A stretch of 64,000 nucleotides of DNA from Mytilus edulis. Its lineage: Eukaryota. The stretch is taken from positions 22,072,001-22,136,000 of the forward strand of contig NC_092353.1 in assembly GCF_963676685.1 (NCBI RefSeq), in the 5' to 3' direction. Position 1 is the stretch's first letter; each line of letters begins with the position of its first letter. The position numbers and the translations under genes are program-made. The notes beneath the pieces are model-generated. The model did no database searches, was not told where the DNA came from, and saw nothing but the letters and a program-made list of their open reading frames with translations. Of the stretch, positions 40,700 through 51,529 are shown one piece after another.

Positions 40700-42407
40700 A
40701 GAAAAATCTTTAAAGACCCAAATGTTGCAAAACACCTATCCTACCTCCATGACAAATATGTTGTTGTCCCCGCAGATAAAGCCCCAAACAACACCGTTTT
40801 TGTGTGTAAAACTCATTACATTAACTGCTTGATAAACGAATTAGGTATTGACAATTCACTTGGAAACTCAACATATACCCTCATGACACTTACCAAAGAG
40901 GAAATCCTGGATAATCATAGGTTTGTTCTGCGTTCCTTTGGAATTTCAACCAAAGATGAAGAACTGGATCTGCCATCACTGTATTGGATACCTAAACTAC
41001 ATATTAAGTGTCCTTACAAACAACGGTATATTGCTGGGTCTTCCAAGTGCTCCACGAAACCTCTTTCTAAATTATTAACATCTATTTTATCAGCAATCAG
41101 ACACGGGCTTCAAAGTTATTGTGAAACTGCCTATTCTAGAGGGGGCGTGAATCAGATGTGGATACTTAAAAATTCCAAAGATCTTTAATGGAACATACAA
41201 TCCAACTCTCTTTCATCTTGTAACAGTATCAAAACATTTGACTTTTCTACTCTTTACACTAGTATTCCACATTCCAAACTAAAAGACAAATTGAAAGAGT
41301 TGTTGTTGCTTTGCTTCGTTAAAAAAGAATGGCCAACGTAGATACAAGTATCTTGTCTTAGGGAGGGATAGATCCTACTTTGTAAAGGATCACTCTGATT
41401 CGAACAAAAAATCCTCCGAAACTGATATTATCAAGATGATTGATTTCTTGATTGACAACATATTTGTTACGTTTGGAGGACGTGTTTTTCAACAGACTGT
41501 CGGCATTCCAATGGGAACAAACTGTACCCCTCTACTTGCTTACTTGTTTCTTTATTATTATGAGGCTTACTTCGTGCAGGAACTTCTTATGAAGAAAGAT
41601 AAGAAGTTAGCAATATCCTTTAACTCTACTTTTCGCTATATAGATGATGTTCTTTCACTAAATAGTTCAAAATTTGGTGACTATGTGGAACGCATCTATC
41701 CAATCGAGCTAGAGATAAAGGATACTACAGATACAGTTAAGTCGGCCTCATATCTTGACTTACATCTAGAAATTGACAATGAGGGTCGGTTGAAAACAAA
41801 AGTTTACGACAAAAGAGATGATTTCAGCTTTCCTATTGTGATCTTTCCATTTCTAAGTAGCAACATTTCAGCAGCACCTGCATACGGGGTATATATCTCC
41901 CAATTGATACGATATTCCCGTGCTTGCATTTCCTATCATGATTTTCTTGATAGAGGGTTGCTGCTCACAAGGAAGCTATTAAACCAAGAGTTCCAAATGG
42001 TGAAGTTGAAATCATCCCTTCGTAAATTTTACGGACGCCATCACGAGTTGGTTGACCGTTATGGAATAACCGTTTCAAAAATGATATCGGATATGTTCCT
42101 TACGTTGTAACTACAATCCCCTTCCCTTTCATGAATGTGACCTACCGAACTAGACTATTTACCGGATTTGTTATCACATAAGCAACACGACGGGTGCCAC
42201 ATGTGGAGTAAGATCTGCTTACCCTTCCGGAGCCCCTGAGATCACTCCTAGTTTTTGGTGGGGTTCGTGTTGTTAATTCTTTAGTTTTCTATGTTGTGTC
42301 GTGTGTGCTGTTGTTTGTTTGTCTTTTTCATTTTTAGCCATGGCGTTGTCAGTTTGTTTTAGATTTATGAGTTTGACTGTCCCTTTGATATCTTTCGTCC
42401 CTCTTTT
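40700..42407 (+). mobile_element. PLE family A, longer disabled copy (reverse transcriptase pseudogene and 3'UTR)
   Basis: PADK, YWIPKLH, TFDFSTLYT, GIPMGTNC and FRYIDD motifs. In-frame TAA at 41186 and a frameshift in the A-run near 41321. The ORF ends after the thumb with no C-terminal GIY-YIG domain. Confidence 0.93.
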
Positions 42408-43034
42408 AGAAAACACATGAACAATGCTATAACCAGGCATGCTTTCTCAATTTTGTTCGATTTCCCATTCAAATGCATTATATGTCTGATAGAACCTGGA
42501 AACATTGGAGTGCAAGTTGTTTCTTTACTTTGAATATATCTAATTAGTTCCATACCTATCACTTTGATTATGTTATCGCTCAATTTTATGAAAAAATACA
42601 CTTTAATGCAAAATATTTAAACATTTAGATGAATCAGTTATTAGTTTTGCCATGTCCAAATCTAAAATTCATTGTACTAAATTTGAACTTTGATTTCATC
42701 ATCACCAACTAACTGAACTGTATCGTAAGAATCGCGATTTCACTTGTTGAATTGTTCTGGAGACCTAAGTTGATCATCCATTATTTTAATTTGTGTAACG
42801 TAACTCATTGTTTAGTTTTCTGAGTAGTGTTTCGTTGATTTTGTTGATGGATTGCGTTTTTTATGAGTTTTAAGATATCGTTTTACTTTTTACCCTCAAT
42901 CTTTCCGACAATGAAAATGTGTGTACTAAAATAGTCAAACTAATAATAAACGATTCAATCTCCAATAGTCTCCAATCTGCCAACATGATCGTTTGTTACG
43001 TTAAGGATAAGTTGCTGCTCAATAAAATCATTTC

Positions 43035-43320
43035 GTTTTAGTTCACCTGATCAATAGGTCCAAATGAGCTTACCTCATCACTTGCCGTTATTCGTCGTCC
43101 GTCGTGCGTCGTTAACTTTTTATAAAAATCTTCTCCTCTGAAATTACTGGGCCGAAACGAACCAAACAATCAACATTGGGGTATTTAGTTAAAAATGTGT
43201 CTGACGTACCCGCCTTTCAACAAAGATGACCAACATGACTAAAACTTGAACATAGGGGTACATAAAATTGTAAATGGCAGTATTTGGATTATATCTCTGA
43301 AACTAAAGCAAATCTGACAA
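43035..43320 (-). mobile_element. HINE-like element; related copy in opposite orientation at ~40420-40566
   Basis: T-run, then palindrome GTTCACCTG..GAGCT, CGTC microsatellite and TCTTCTCCTCTGAAATTACTGG. The reverse complement is at 40466-40566. Confidence 0.5.
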
Positions 43321-44168
43321 AAAGTTAAATTTATTCTTTTGTGTTTGGAGCAGTAAAAAATCTAAATAAGATAGAGAGAAACTAAACAAACTTCAATTAT
43401 CAGCAGTACAAGATAAACAAAATATAGTATCGTCTACAATGTTGAAGAATGTCCTTTAATGAATATGCATTTAGACAAGGTGAGCGACATAGGCTATTTA
43501 GAGCCTCTATTTTTTTTCTTTGTTTATTATGAAAATAAATATGGAAATATGTTAAATATGTTAAGAAATTAATACCGAACATTGTCAATATTAATATTAT
43601 CAAGAACTCTGGTTTTAAAATTAAATCAAGAAATTCAATACCCCGCGTAAAATATGAAATTAAGAAGTTCAGTCCTTTCATAAGTTTGCTTATTAAAAGT
43701 CATTAAAAGTAATAATATGCGCCAATTAGTGTTCTGATTGTCAAACCACCGACCACCTGGGCAAATTAATTTTAAATAACCACTTCAAATTGTAAATTCT
43801 TCAGATTTTGAACAAAATACTAAAACCTTGAATCATTTATTAATAATTTTACTAGGTCAAGTAAGACAATATAATTCGAAAATCATAATACTTGTACGCA
43901 GCTATAATTTGTGTCAATATTTTACTCCTTTTATATCTCAAAGCAATTTGGGTGATTAAATTAAACGCCTAATCAAAATATTAGTCGTTCGTATTTTACA
44001 TTTTTGAAATAAAATGTTAATTTCCATGTAGTATTTAAAAATATGTAGTTATAGGTGAGAAATATTTTAAGGGTGCCTCACCAAGAACAAGAAATCTGGA
44101 CAGTAAACAATGTTCATACCGCAGACATTAAAAGTGTAAAATATATACTAGCTAGAGAATATATAACT

Positions 44169-46468
44169 ATGGATGAGTTGATGATTGCATCGGTTAGACT
44201 TGATACGACAATAGAAACTATCAAGTCGGATCTGGTAGGTTTAACATACTAATATTATGCTAATGTTTAAAAATGTAAATATATTTCTTTTATGGAGATA
44301 CCTCCTATGATAGTTTACTGCTGTTTCTTTCTTTATATCTCTTCTTTTTTGCCATGGCATTATCAGTTTATAAGTTTTCGACTTAGCGATTTGGTATCTT
44401 AAAAGTCGGTCCTTTTTATAACTCTCTATCTTTAATTATAACGAATTGCAGGTATTGTGAAAGCCATAAGAACAGAGAAAATGGATTGTAAACAATAATA
44501 GGACAATGTCGTAGACGGATAATAAGTGAAATTTTACAAGATTACTTTAAAAGGTTCTTATTTGATCATGTTGATAGCACCATGCATTTATATTAAAACA
44601 AAAATCAATACAAGCATTGTATCCTTCGAATTACTGAATTAAACCAAAAGGAGGGTCATATTCTTGTGTAACAATAAATGAAATCATATTTTAAAGTTTT
44701 AATTTTAATATTCTTTTGTTAAATCGACCAATGAGGTTCATCACTTTACACCATTGAAGCAAAGCATGTATATGTTAATAATTACACCTTTTTATTCAGG
44801 TTCAGTTACGGAATCAAGACATCAAACTTATGAAACAATTGATTCAAATAAGCGACACAATACAACAGATTTCTAAACGTCAGATACAACAGAGGCCTTT
44901 GTTTAATGCAAAAGGCTACCTCAGTCAGGTGTTGATGTTCATTAACCCAGCCTCTCTGTCGGTAAAAATAGAGACGCCATTAATCAGACAACAAAGTGTT
45001 CCTACTTACTGTAGAATGAACAAGTTGGATTCGTCATCACTATCAAGTATTGAAGGTATATTTATTTAAATCATACTTAATTTACTTTTTTTTCTAGATA
45101 ATGTTTTGTTTTTATAACACGCGTTTGTCTTTATAATATTTACTACGAATATTTGGTAATACAACAATCCAAAAACACAACACAGCGTTTCTACACATGA
45201 AGAATTAAATGTAGAAACAGTGATACGGTCTCCAACAATGTAGTAGAAGTCATAGTGCAACAACGGTCTTCATTTTTGTCTATTTTGTCGAAATGTTAAG
45301 TTTAGTTTATCTTTCACGATGGATGTTTTATTTGGAGCAGGATCTATTAACTTTGTGGAGCACCTGACATCAGTTTTTAGTGTTATTCGTGTTGCTCAGT
45401 CTTTAGTGTTCTATATGATGTTTTGTGATTTGATGTATCTCTTTGAGTTGTTTTTCATTGTTCGTCATTGTAAGTTAGTTTTCGTCTTATGAGTTTGGTT
45501 ATCTCTTTGGTACATGAATCACTCGCGTCTCTAATTATAAAAAAGAAGATGTGGTATGGTTGCCAATGAGACAACTGTCCACAAGAGGCCAAAATGACAC
45601 AGAAATTAACAACTATATGGGTCACCGTATGACCTTCAACAATGAGCAAAGCCCATACCGCATAGTCAGCTGTAAAAGGCCCCGAAATGACAATGTAAAA
45701 CAATTCAAACGAGAAAACTAACTGCCTTATTCATATAAAAAAATAACGAAAAACAATTATATAACACATAAACAAACGACAACCATTGAATTACAGGCTC
45801 CTGACTTGGGACAGACAAATACATACATAATGTGGCGGGCTTAAACATGTTAGCGGGATCCCAACCCTCCCCTAACCTGGGACAGTGGTATAACAGTACA
45901 TCATAAGAACGAACTATAAAAATCAGTTGAAAAAGGCTTAACTCATCAGATGGACAAAAGTACAAGTGGACGTGGCCGGGTAATTGAGACACACAAGGCA
46001 GCTGCTAGATACAATCTGAAGCTTTACGTTTGTTCACGAAGTCAAATTATATAGTTTACTAATGAGGTATATAAATTTCTACCTAGATAGAAGCATAAAG
46101 GTTCTATACATAAATGGAAAGAAACTACTTTGAAATATGGACTGACATCTATATACCTAACTGATTGTGGTTTTTTTTCAGATTCCGGCTCGTTGTCAAC
46201 ATGCGATGATTCAATTAGAAGCAGTAATAGCGAATATAAGTATGAAGATAACACTATAATACAAAGACAGTTGTCAGTTCCAGAGTCACAGAGACCAAAG
46301 TCTATCTCAACTATACCATCTCCCTATCTAGATCACATTACTGATTGTGATCAGCATGTTGAGGAAATACTAATGAGAAACGTTAGAATGTGGAAAAGAA
46401 CACAGCAAAATGACGATGACTCAGTTTTTCTCGAAGATTATAATCTACCAACTTTATATGAAAAATGA
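44169..46468 (+). CDS. Cluster gene 6: FAM167/LURAP-like coiled-coil adaptor, 202 aa; exons 44169-44234, 44800-45055, 46182-46468
   Basis: MDELMIASVRLDTTIETIKSDL|VQLRNQDIKLMKQLIQISDTIQQI...LIRQQSVP...LSSIE|DSGS...QRQLSVP...EEILMRNVRMWK...LPTLYEK*. Both introns match gene 2 in position and phase. Confidence 0.85.
45538..45980. repeat. Family C interspersed repeat in intron 2 of gene 6; further copies at ~6393-6695, 11358-11488, 14410-14565, 29785-30105, 32815-33010
   Basis: Recurrent AAGAAGATGTGGTATGATTGCCAATGAGACAAC...CACCGTACGGCCTTCAACAATGAGCAAAGCCCATACCG. Shares CCTGACTTGGGACAG with families B and D. Confidence 0.8.
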
Positions 46469-47177
46469 AACTATTTTTTTAGTGGAAGTAATAAAATTTG
46501 TATGAAATAGATATATTTAATATTTGCATTACTGTTAATAATTTGAACAATATACTGTTTACAAAAGGTATGGTTTCCGAAACACACAAGCAGTGATATT
46601 ATCAAATTAGATAAAGGTACTTAATCTAAGACAGTTGCCTAGATGCAGTGATATAGCCACGTGTCCGCTAGTGTCCCTATGACGTGCATTTATCAACAAC
46701 CCAGACTTTTTTTTTACTTTAATTGAATTCAAACATCCTTCAAATTAGGAACAACAATTCATGAGGATATGAACATATACAATTGCCATGCGCACACATT
46801 AATCTTAATCTAGCAAATGGACTGTTGTTGTCCTATTTAGCTTAACATATAATTCTTGTGTAAGTGGTTTGTTTTGTTTTTGTTTTATGTTCATCTTCGA
46901 CTAGTGAATATCTGTTATTGTACCCTTATAAAATAAGGAGATATGGTTTGGTAACATACATGTACATGTAGCTGTTGAGACACATAAGACAGCTGCTCGA
47001 TACAATGTGAAGCATTACGCTTGTTCGCTGCGCATAACGAAATGGTTAAAATTGTGGCTAGCGGCTGGCCTTTCACGATATCGATGGGTAGAAAACCCAT
47101 AGTCTATACAGTAGTACGTAGCCGTGCAGTTAGTATGATACTCGATGTTATTTTTTTTAAATTGCCGAAAAAAAAAG

Positions 47178-47296
47178 AATAATGGCATTTTATATTTTGA
47201 TACTGACTTCATCAGCTCGAAAATCAGCTCGCCCTAGCGGGCTCACTTAATATTTTTGCTGATAAAGTCAGTATCAAAAACAAAAATGCCATTATT
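47178..47296. repeat. Long imperfect palindrome (hairpin element)
   Basis: AATAATGGCATTTTATATTTTGATACTGACTTCATCAGC and its near-perfect reverse complement flank a GC-rich centre GCTCGCCCTAGCGGGCTC. Confidence 0.85.
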
Positions 47297-48019
47297 ACAT
47301 ATGTAAATGTTTGGTGGAGTGCTGTTTCAATGTAATATTCAATCATTCTGGATAGTTATAACTGTTCTTTTGGAAGTTATCTTGAACTGTTTTATGATAA
47401 AATATACCTTTTAGAAAATCTTTGTTTGTTATCATATCATATTGTTAGTATGACAAGAAGGACAACTCTAGCATTTTGAAATGCATTTTTAGATTGTCGG
47501 TGCCGCAACTTTTTAGAAATTACAATGTTTTTCTTACATAGTTCAAAAAATAGGTTTCAACAATGGAAAGTGTGTTAACTCGCCCTTCCGTCGTCATTCC
47601 GGACGATATGATATTTGCTTTTATTATACTTAATAATTAAATACAATGCTTAAGGTGGCTCGGGACTATTCGACTGCGCATAATTTCACGCATGCACACG
47701 AAAAGTATGTGTTGTAAATTCACTATTATTTTTTTTTAATTTTTGATTGAATTGATTAAAAATGATAAATTATAGTATTTTTGTCCCTAACAAATTATTA
47801 TCGTTATAATGTGTATCTGTGAAAGACTCAAAATGACATTTCACCCAATTTCAGCATTTTCCCGCTAAAATTTTGGGTTTAAGGCCAAATATTTGTTTTT
47901 CCTTATCGGGACCTATGTTTTTTATTTGCTCATTCTTTGAAGCAATACATTGTATTTCAACTTTTCATATTACAGTTTTAGACCAAGTGTCATAGAACTT
48001 TTTTTGATATTTCGATAAA

Positions 48020-49107
48020 ATAAAATTGAGAATGGAAATGGGGAATGTGCCAAAGAGACAACAACCCGACCATAGAAAAGTCACCAGGTCAGAAAAGTCA
48101 GAAGGTCACCAACAGGTCTTCAATGTAGCGAGAAATTTTCGCACCCGGAGGCGTCCTTCAACTGGCCCCTAAACAAATATATACTAGTTCAGTGATAATG
48201 AACGCCATACTAATTTGCAAATTGTACACAAGAAACTAAAATTAAAAAAATACAAGACTAACAAAGGCCAGAGGCTCCTGACTTGGGACAGGCGCAAAAA
48301 TGCGGCGGGGTTAAACATGTTTGTGAGATCTCAACCCTCCCACTATACCTCTAGCCAATGTAGAAAAGTAAACGCATAACAATACGCACATTAAAATTCA
48401 GTTCAAGAGAAGTCCGAGTCTGATGTCAGAAGATGTAACCAAAGAAAATAAACAAAAGGACAATAATACATAAATAACAACAGACTACTAGCAGTTAACT
48501 GACATGCCAGCTCCAGACTTCAATTAAACTGACTAAAAGATTATGATTTCATCATATGAACATCATGCACAATCCTTCCCGTTAGGGGTTTAGTATCATA
48601 CCATCATAACATATATGAGAAGAACATAACCCGTGTCATGCCAACAACTGGTTTTTTAATAAATGTGTTTAGTAAACATTGTTACATACATGAGCGAATC
48701 GTACAAGTTGAGATATATAAACACCGTAGGTGTCAGTATTCACCTCAGAAACTTACAAAACCTTTAAATAGACTTATTAAGAAGGGATATAATTACGATA
48801 CTGTTGTCAAGTCATTAAAGATTGCATATTTTGGCGTTAATATTGAGTCACTGATAAGGTCTTTGCATCGGAACTAAACACATTTATTCTAAAAACAGTT
48901 GTTGGCATGACACGGGTTATGTTCTTCTCATATATGTTGTGATAGTATGATACTAAACCCCTAACGGGAAGGATTGTGCCTGATGTTCATATGATGAAAT
49001 CATAATCTTTCAGTCAGTTTAATTGAAGTCTGGAGCTGGCATGTCAGTTAACTGCTAGTAGTCTGTTGTTATTTATGTATTATTGTCATTTTGTTTATTT
49101 TCTTTGG
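48020..49107. mobile_element. PLE family B inverted pair: minus-strand 3'UTR (48020-48673) and plus-strand RT end with partial UTR (48729-49107)
   Basis: 48439-48673 is the reverse complement of 48873-49107. The plus copy encodes RCQYSPQKLTKPLNRLIKKGYNY...SLHRN. Confidence 0.85.
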
Positions 49108-49830
49108 CAAAATCAAAAGCTCAAACACATCAAACGAATGGATAACAACTGTCATATTCCTGACTTAGTACTACATGCATTTTTTTGTGTGTATAAAATG
49201 GTGGATTAAACCATGTTTAATAGATAGCGAAACCCCTCAATTGTATGACTGTCGCATACAATTACATTATATTGATAACAATGTGTGAAAAAAAAACTTC
49301 AGACATAATAGGTTAAATTGGCAAAATAGGGGTACAGCAGTCAACATTGTGTTTCAATCTTAACAAAACAAATAACTATGTCAACACAGAAAAGATAGAC
49401 AAAGCACATGAACAAATCGAAATACAGGAATACAAAAAATACGACATCACAATATAAACACAATGAAGTGATGTATATTTACCGAGCCAAGTCAAATGGA
49501 TTTTATTTTTACCAAAAATAGACTAAACAGTAAAAGATAAAAAGAAAGAACAATATAGCGTAATTAGAATGATACATAACGTTACTAACTAGAATTTATA
49601 CATTTGTACTTCAAGATTATCGTGTATTATTTGTGAAGTTGAAACGGAATATTTAACAACAAAGTCTTGGTATCTTCCTTTAGATTTTAGAAAAAGGACG
49701 AGACGTTCTTTGAAACAACCCTTGTTCATCAACTTTCTGTGCAGACACTGGTGTGGTTTTACTAAGTTCGAGCAGCAGTTGCGAGCTCTTGTATACCGAA
49801 TGAATTAGAAAATGTATATTCCGTATGCAG
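49107..49830 (-). mobile_element. PLE family D, 5'-truncated and degenerate (RT thumb and 3'UTR)
   Basis: Minus strand 49830->49600 reads AYGIYIF*FIRYTRA...RKLMNKG...GRYQDFVVKYSVSTSQII, homologous to PAYGVYISQLIRYSRAC...RKLLNQ...GRHHELVDRYGITVSQMI. Confidence 0.75.
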
Positions 49831-50864
49831 AAAAAAGTAAAATCACGTAATTCAAAAAGGGAAGTTCCTAATCAAAAGCTCAAACACATCAAACGAATTG
49901 ATAACAACTGTCATATTCCCGACTTGGTGCTTCATGACTTGGTATAGGCATTTACAAAAAGCCCATTATGTTGATAGCATTAAAAAATGCTACTCGCGTA
50001 CAAACACCGAAACTTTTAGGTGTTGACTATATGGAAAAATTGAGGAATGAATTTGTTTTCCATTTAGATGTCTAGACCAGGATTTAAGAACAGAGATGTA
50101 AATCTGTGAGCTTTTCCTCCAGACGTGTGTATATACTGTTTTGAAAGAACATATAAAAAGTAAAATCACAAAATTACTGAACTCCGAGAAAAATACAAAA
50201 TGGAAAGTCCCTAATCAAATGGAAAAATCAAGAACTTAAACACATCAAACGAATGGATGACAACTGTCTTATTCCTGACTTGGTACGGGCATTTTCTTAA
50301 GTAGAAAATGGTGCATTAATAAAAGCCACAGTAGTATACCGCTGTTCGAAAGTAATAAATGGATAGAGAGAAAACAAATATGGGTTAAAAACTGAAACCG
50401 ACTTTTGGAGAGAAAAAACAAAAAACAACAGAAACACTAAGTGCAACAAAAAACCAAACGACAATGTAACACACAGAAACGAACTATAAGATAACAACTG
50501 CCATTTTCCTGACGTGGTACATGACATTTTAAGAAAAAAATTATGGGTTGAACCTAGTTTTACAGCTAGCCAAACCTCTAACTTGTATGAGAGTTGCTTA
50601 AATTTCCATTATATTGACAACAATGTGTACAAAAAAACCCCAGACATAATAGATAAAAATGTCAAAAATAAGCAGTCAACATATGTATCAAAGAAGCATA
50701 AACTGGAATATAGACCAAGCTTATTAGTAAAAAAAATAAAGACAAAAATACGCAAATTTAGCAAAACACAATAACACAAAGTACAGAGCCAAAAACAACA
50801 AAGTACAACTATATCTCCCAAAAGAGCAAATATTATCAAAAATCAAAACCTTTTAATCTTTTTC

Positions 50865-51400
50865 AGACTTTATATTAAAAATTAAACAATTTGTCAGTGA
50901 AAGTAGTAAAATTTGAATGAAACAGATATATTTAATATTTCTATTACTGTTCATAATTCGAATAATATACTGCTTTCAAACGGTAAACTTTAACGAAACA
51001 CCCACGCACTGATATTATCCAATTATAAACAAGTACTTGATCAGATTGTTGCATATATATATTGCTATAGCCCTGTGTACGCTACTGGGCTTATAACGTG
51101 CATTCATCCGGACTTTCTTCTTTGATAAAATTCAAACATCCATCAAAGTTGGGAACACAAATTAAAGCTTCCTCCATGTAGAATAAATTATTATGAATAT
51201 AAACAGTCGCCCTCAAATAACTTAAATTTATCTACTGAACTGTTGTTGCCCTGTTTAGCTAAACATATAATTCTTGCGTGGGTGTTTTTTTTAAATTTGT
51301 TTTGAATTCATCTGCGACTAGTGATACTATGTGATATCCTGACCATCTTCATATCGTTAGGTAGACAACCTATAACCTATATATACATTGTAGTCTTACA
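50865..51400 (+). pseudogene. Relic 3' end (last codons and 3'UTR) of a seventh, gene-6-like paralog
   Basis: ACTTTATATTAAAAATTAAACAAT...AGTGAAAGTAGTAAAATTTG aligns with the gene 6 stop region ACTTTATATGAAAAATGAAACTAT...AGTGGAAGTAATAAAATTTG. Colinear similarity to 46450-46910 continues for about 450 bp. Confidence 0.7.
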
Positions 51401-51529
51401 TTGCGTCCGTGCAATACATTACTTTTAACGTTACAGTCTGCCCGCTACTCTCTCGATAAGCGAGATGTATCATATCCCTTGGGTGTGGCTATAGATAGTG
51501 TAGTCAGTGCTGTTAGGTTATCTATTATC

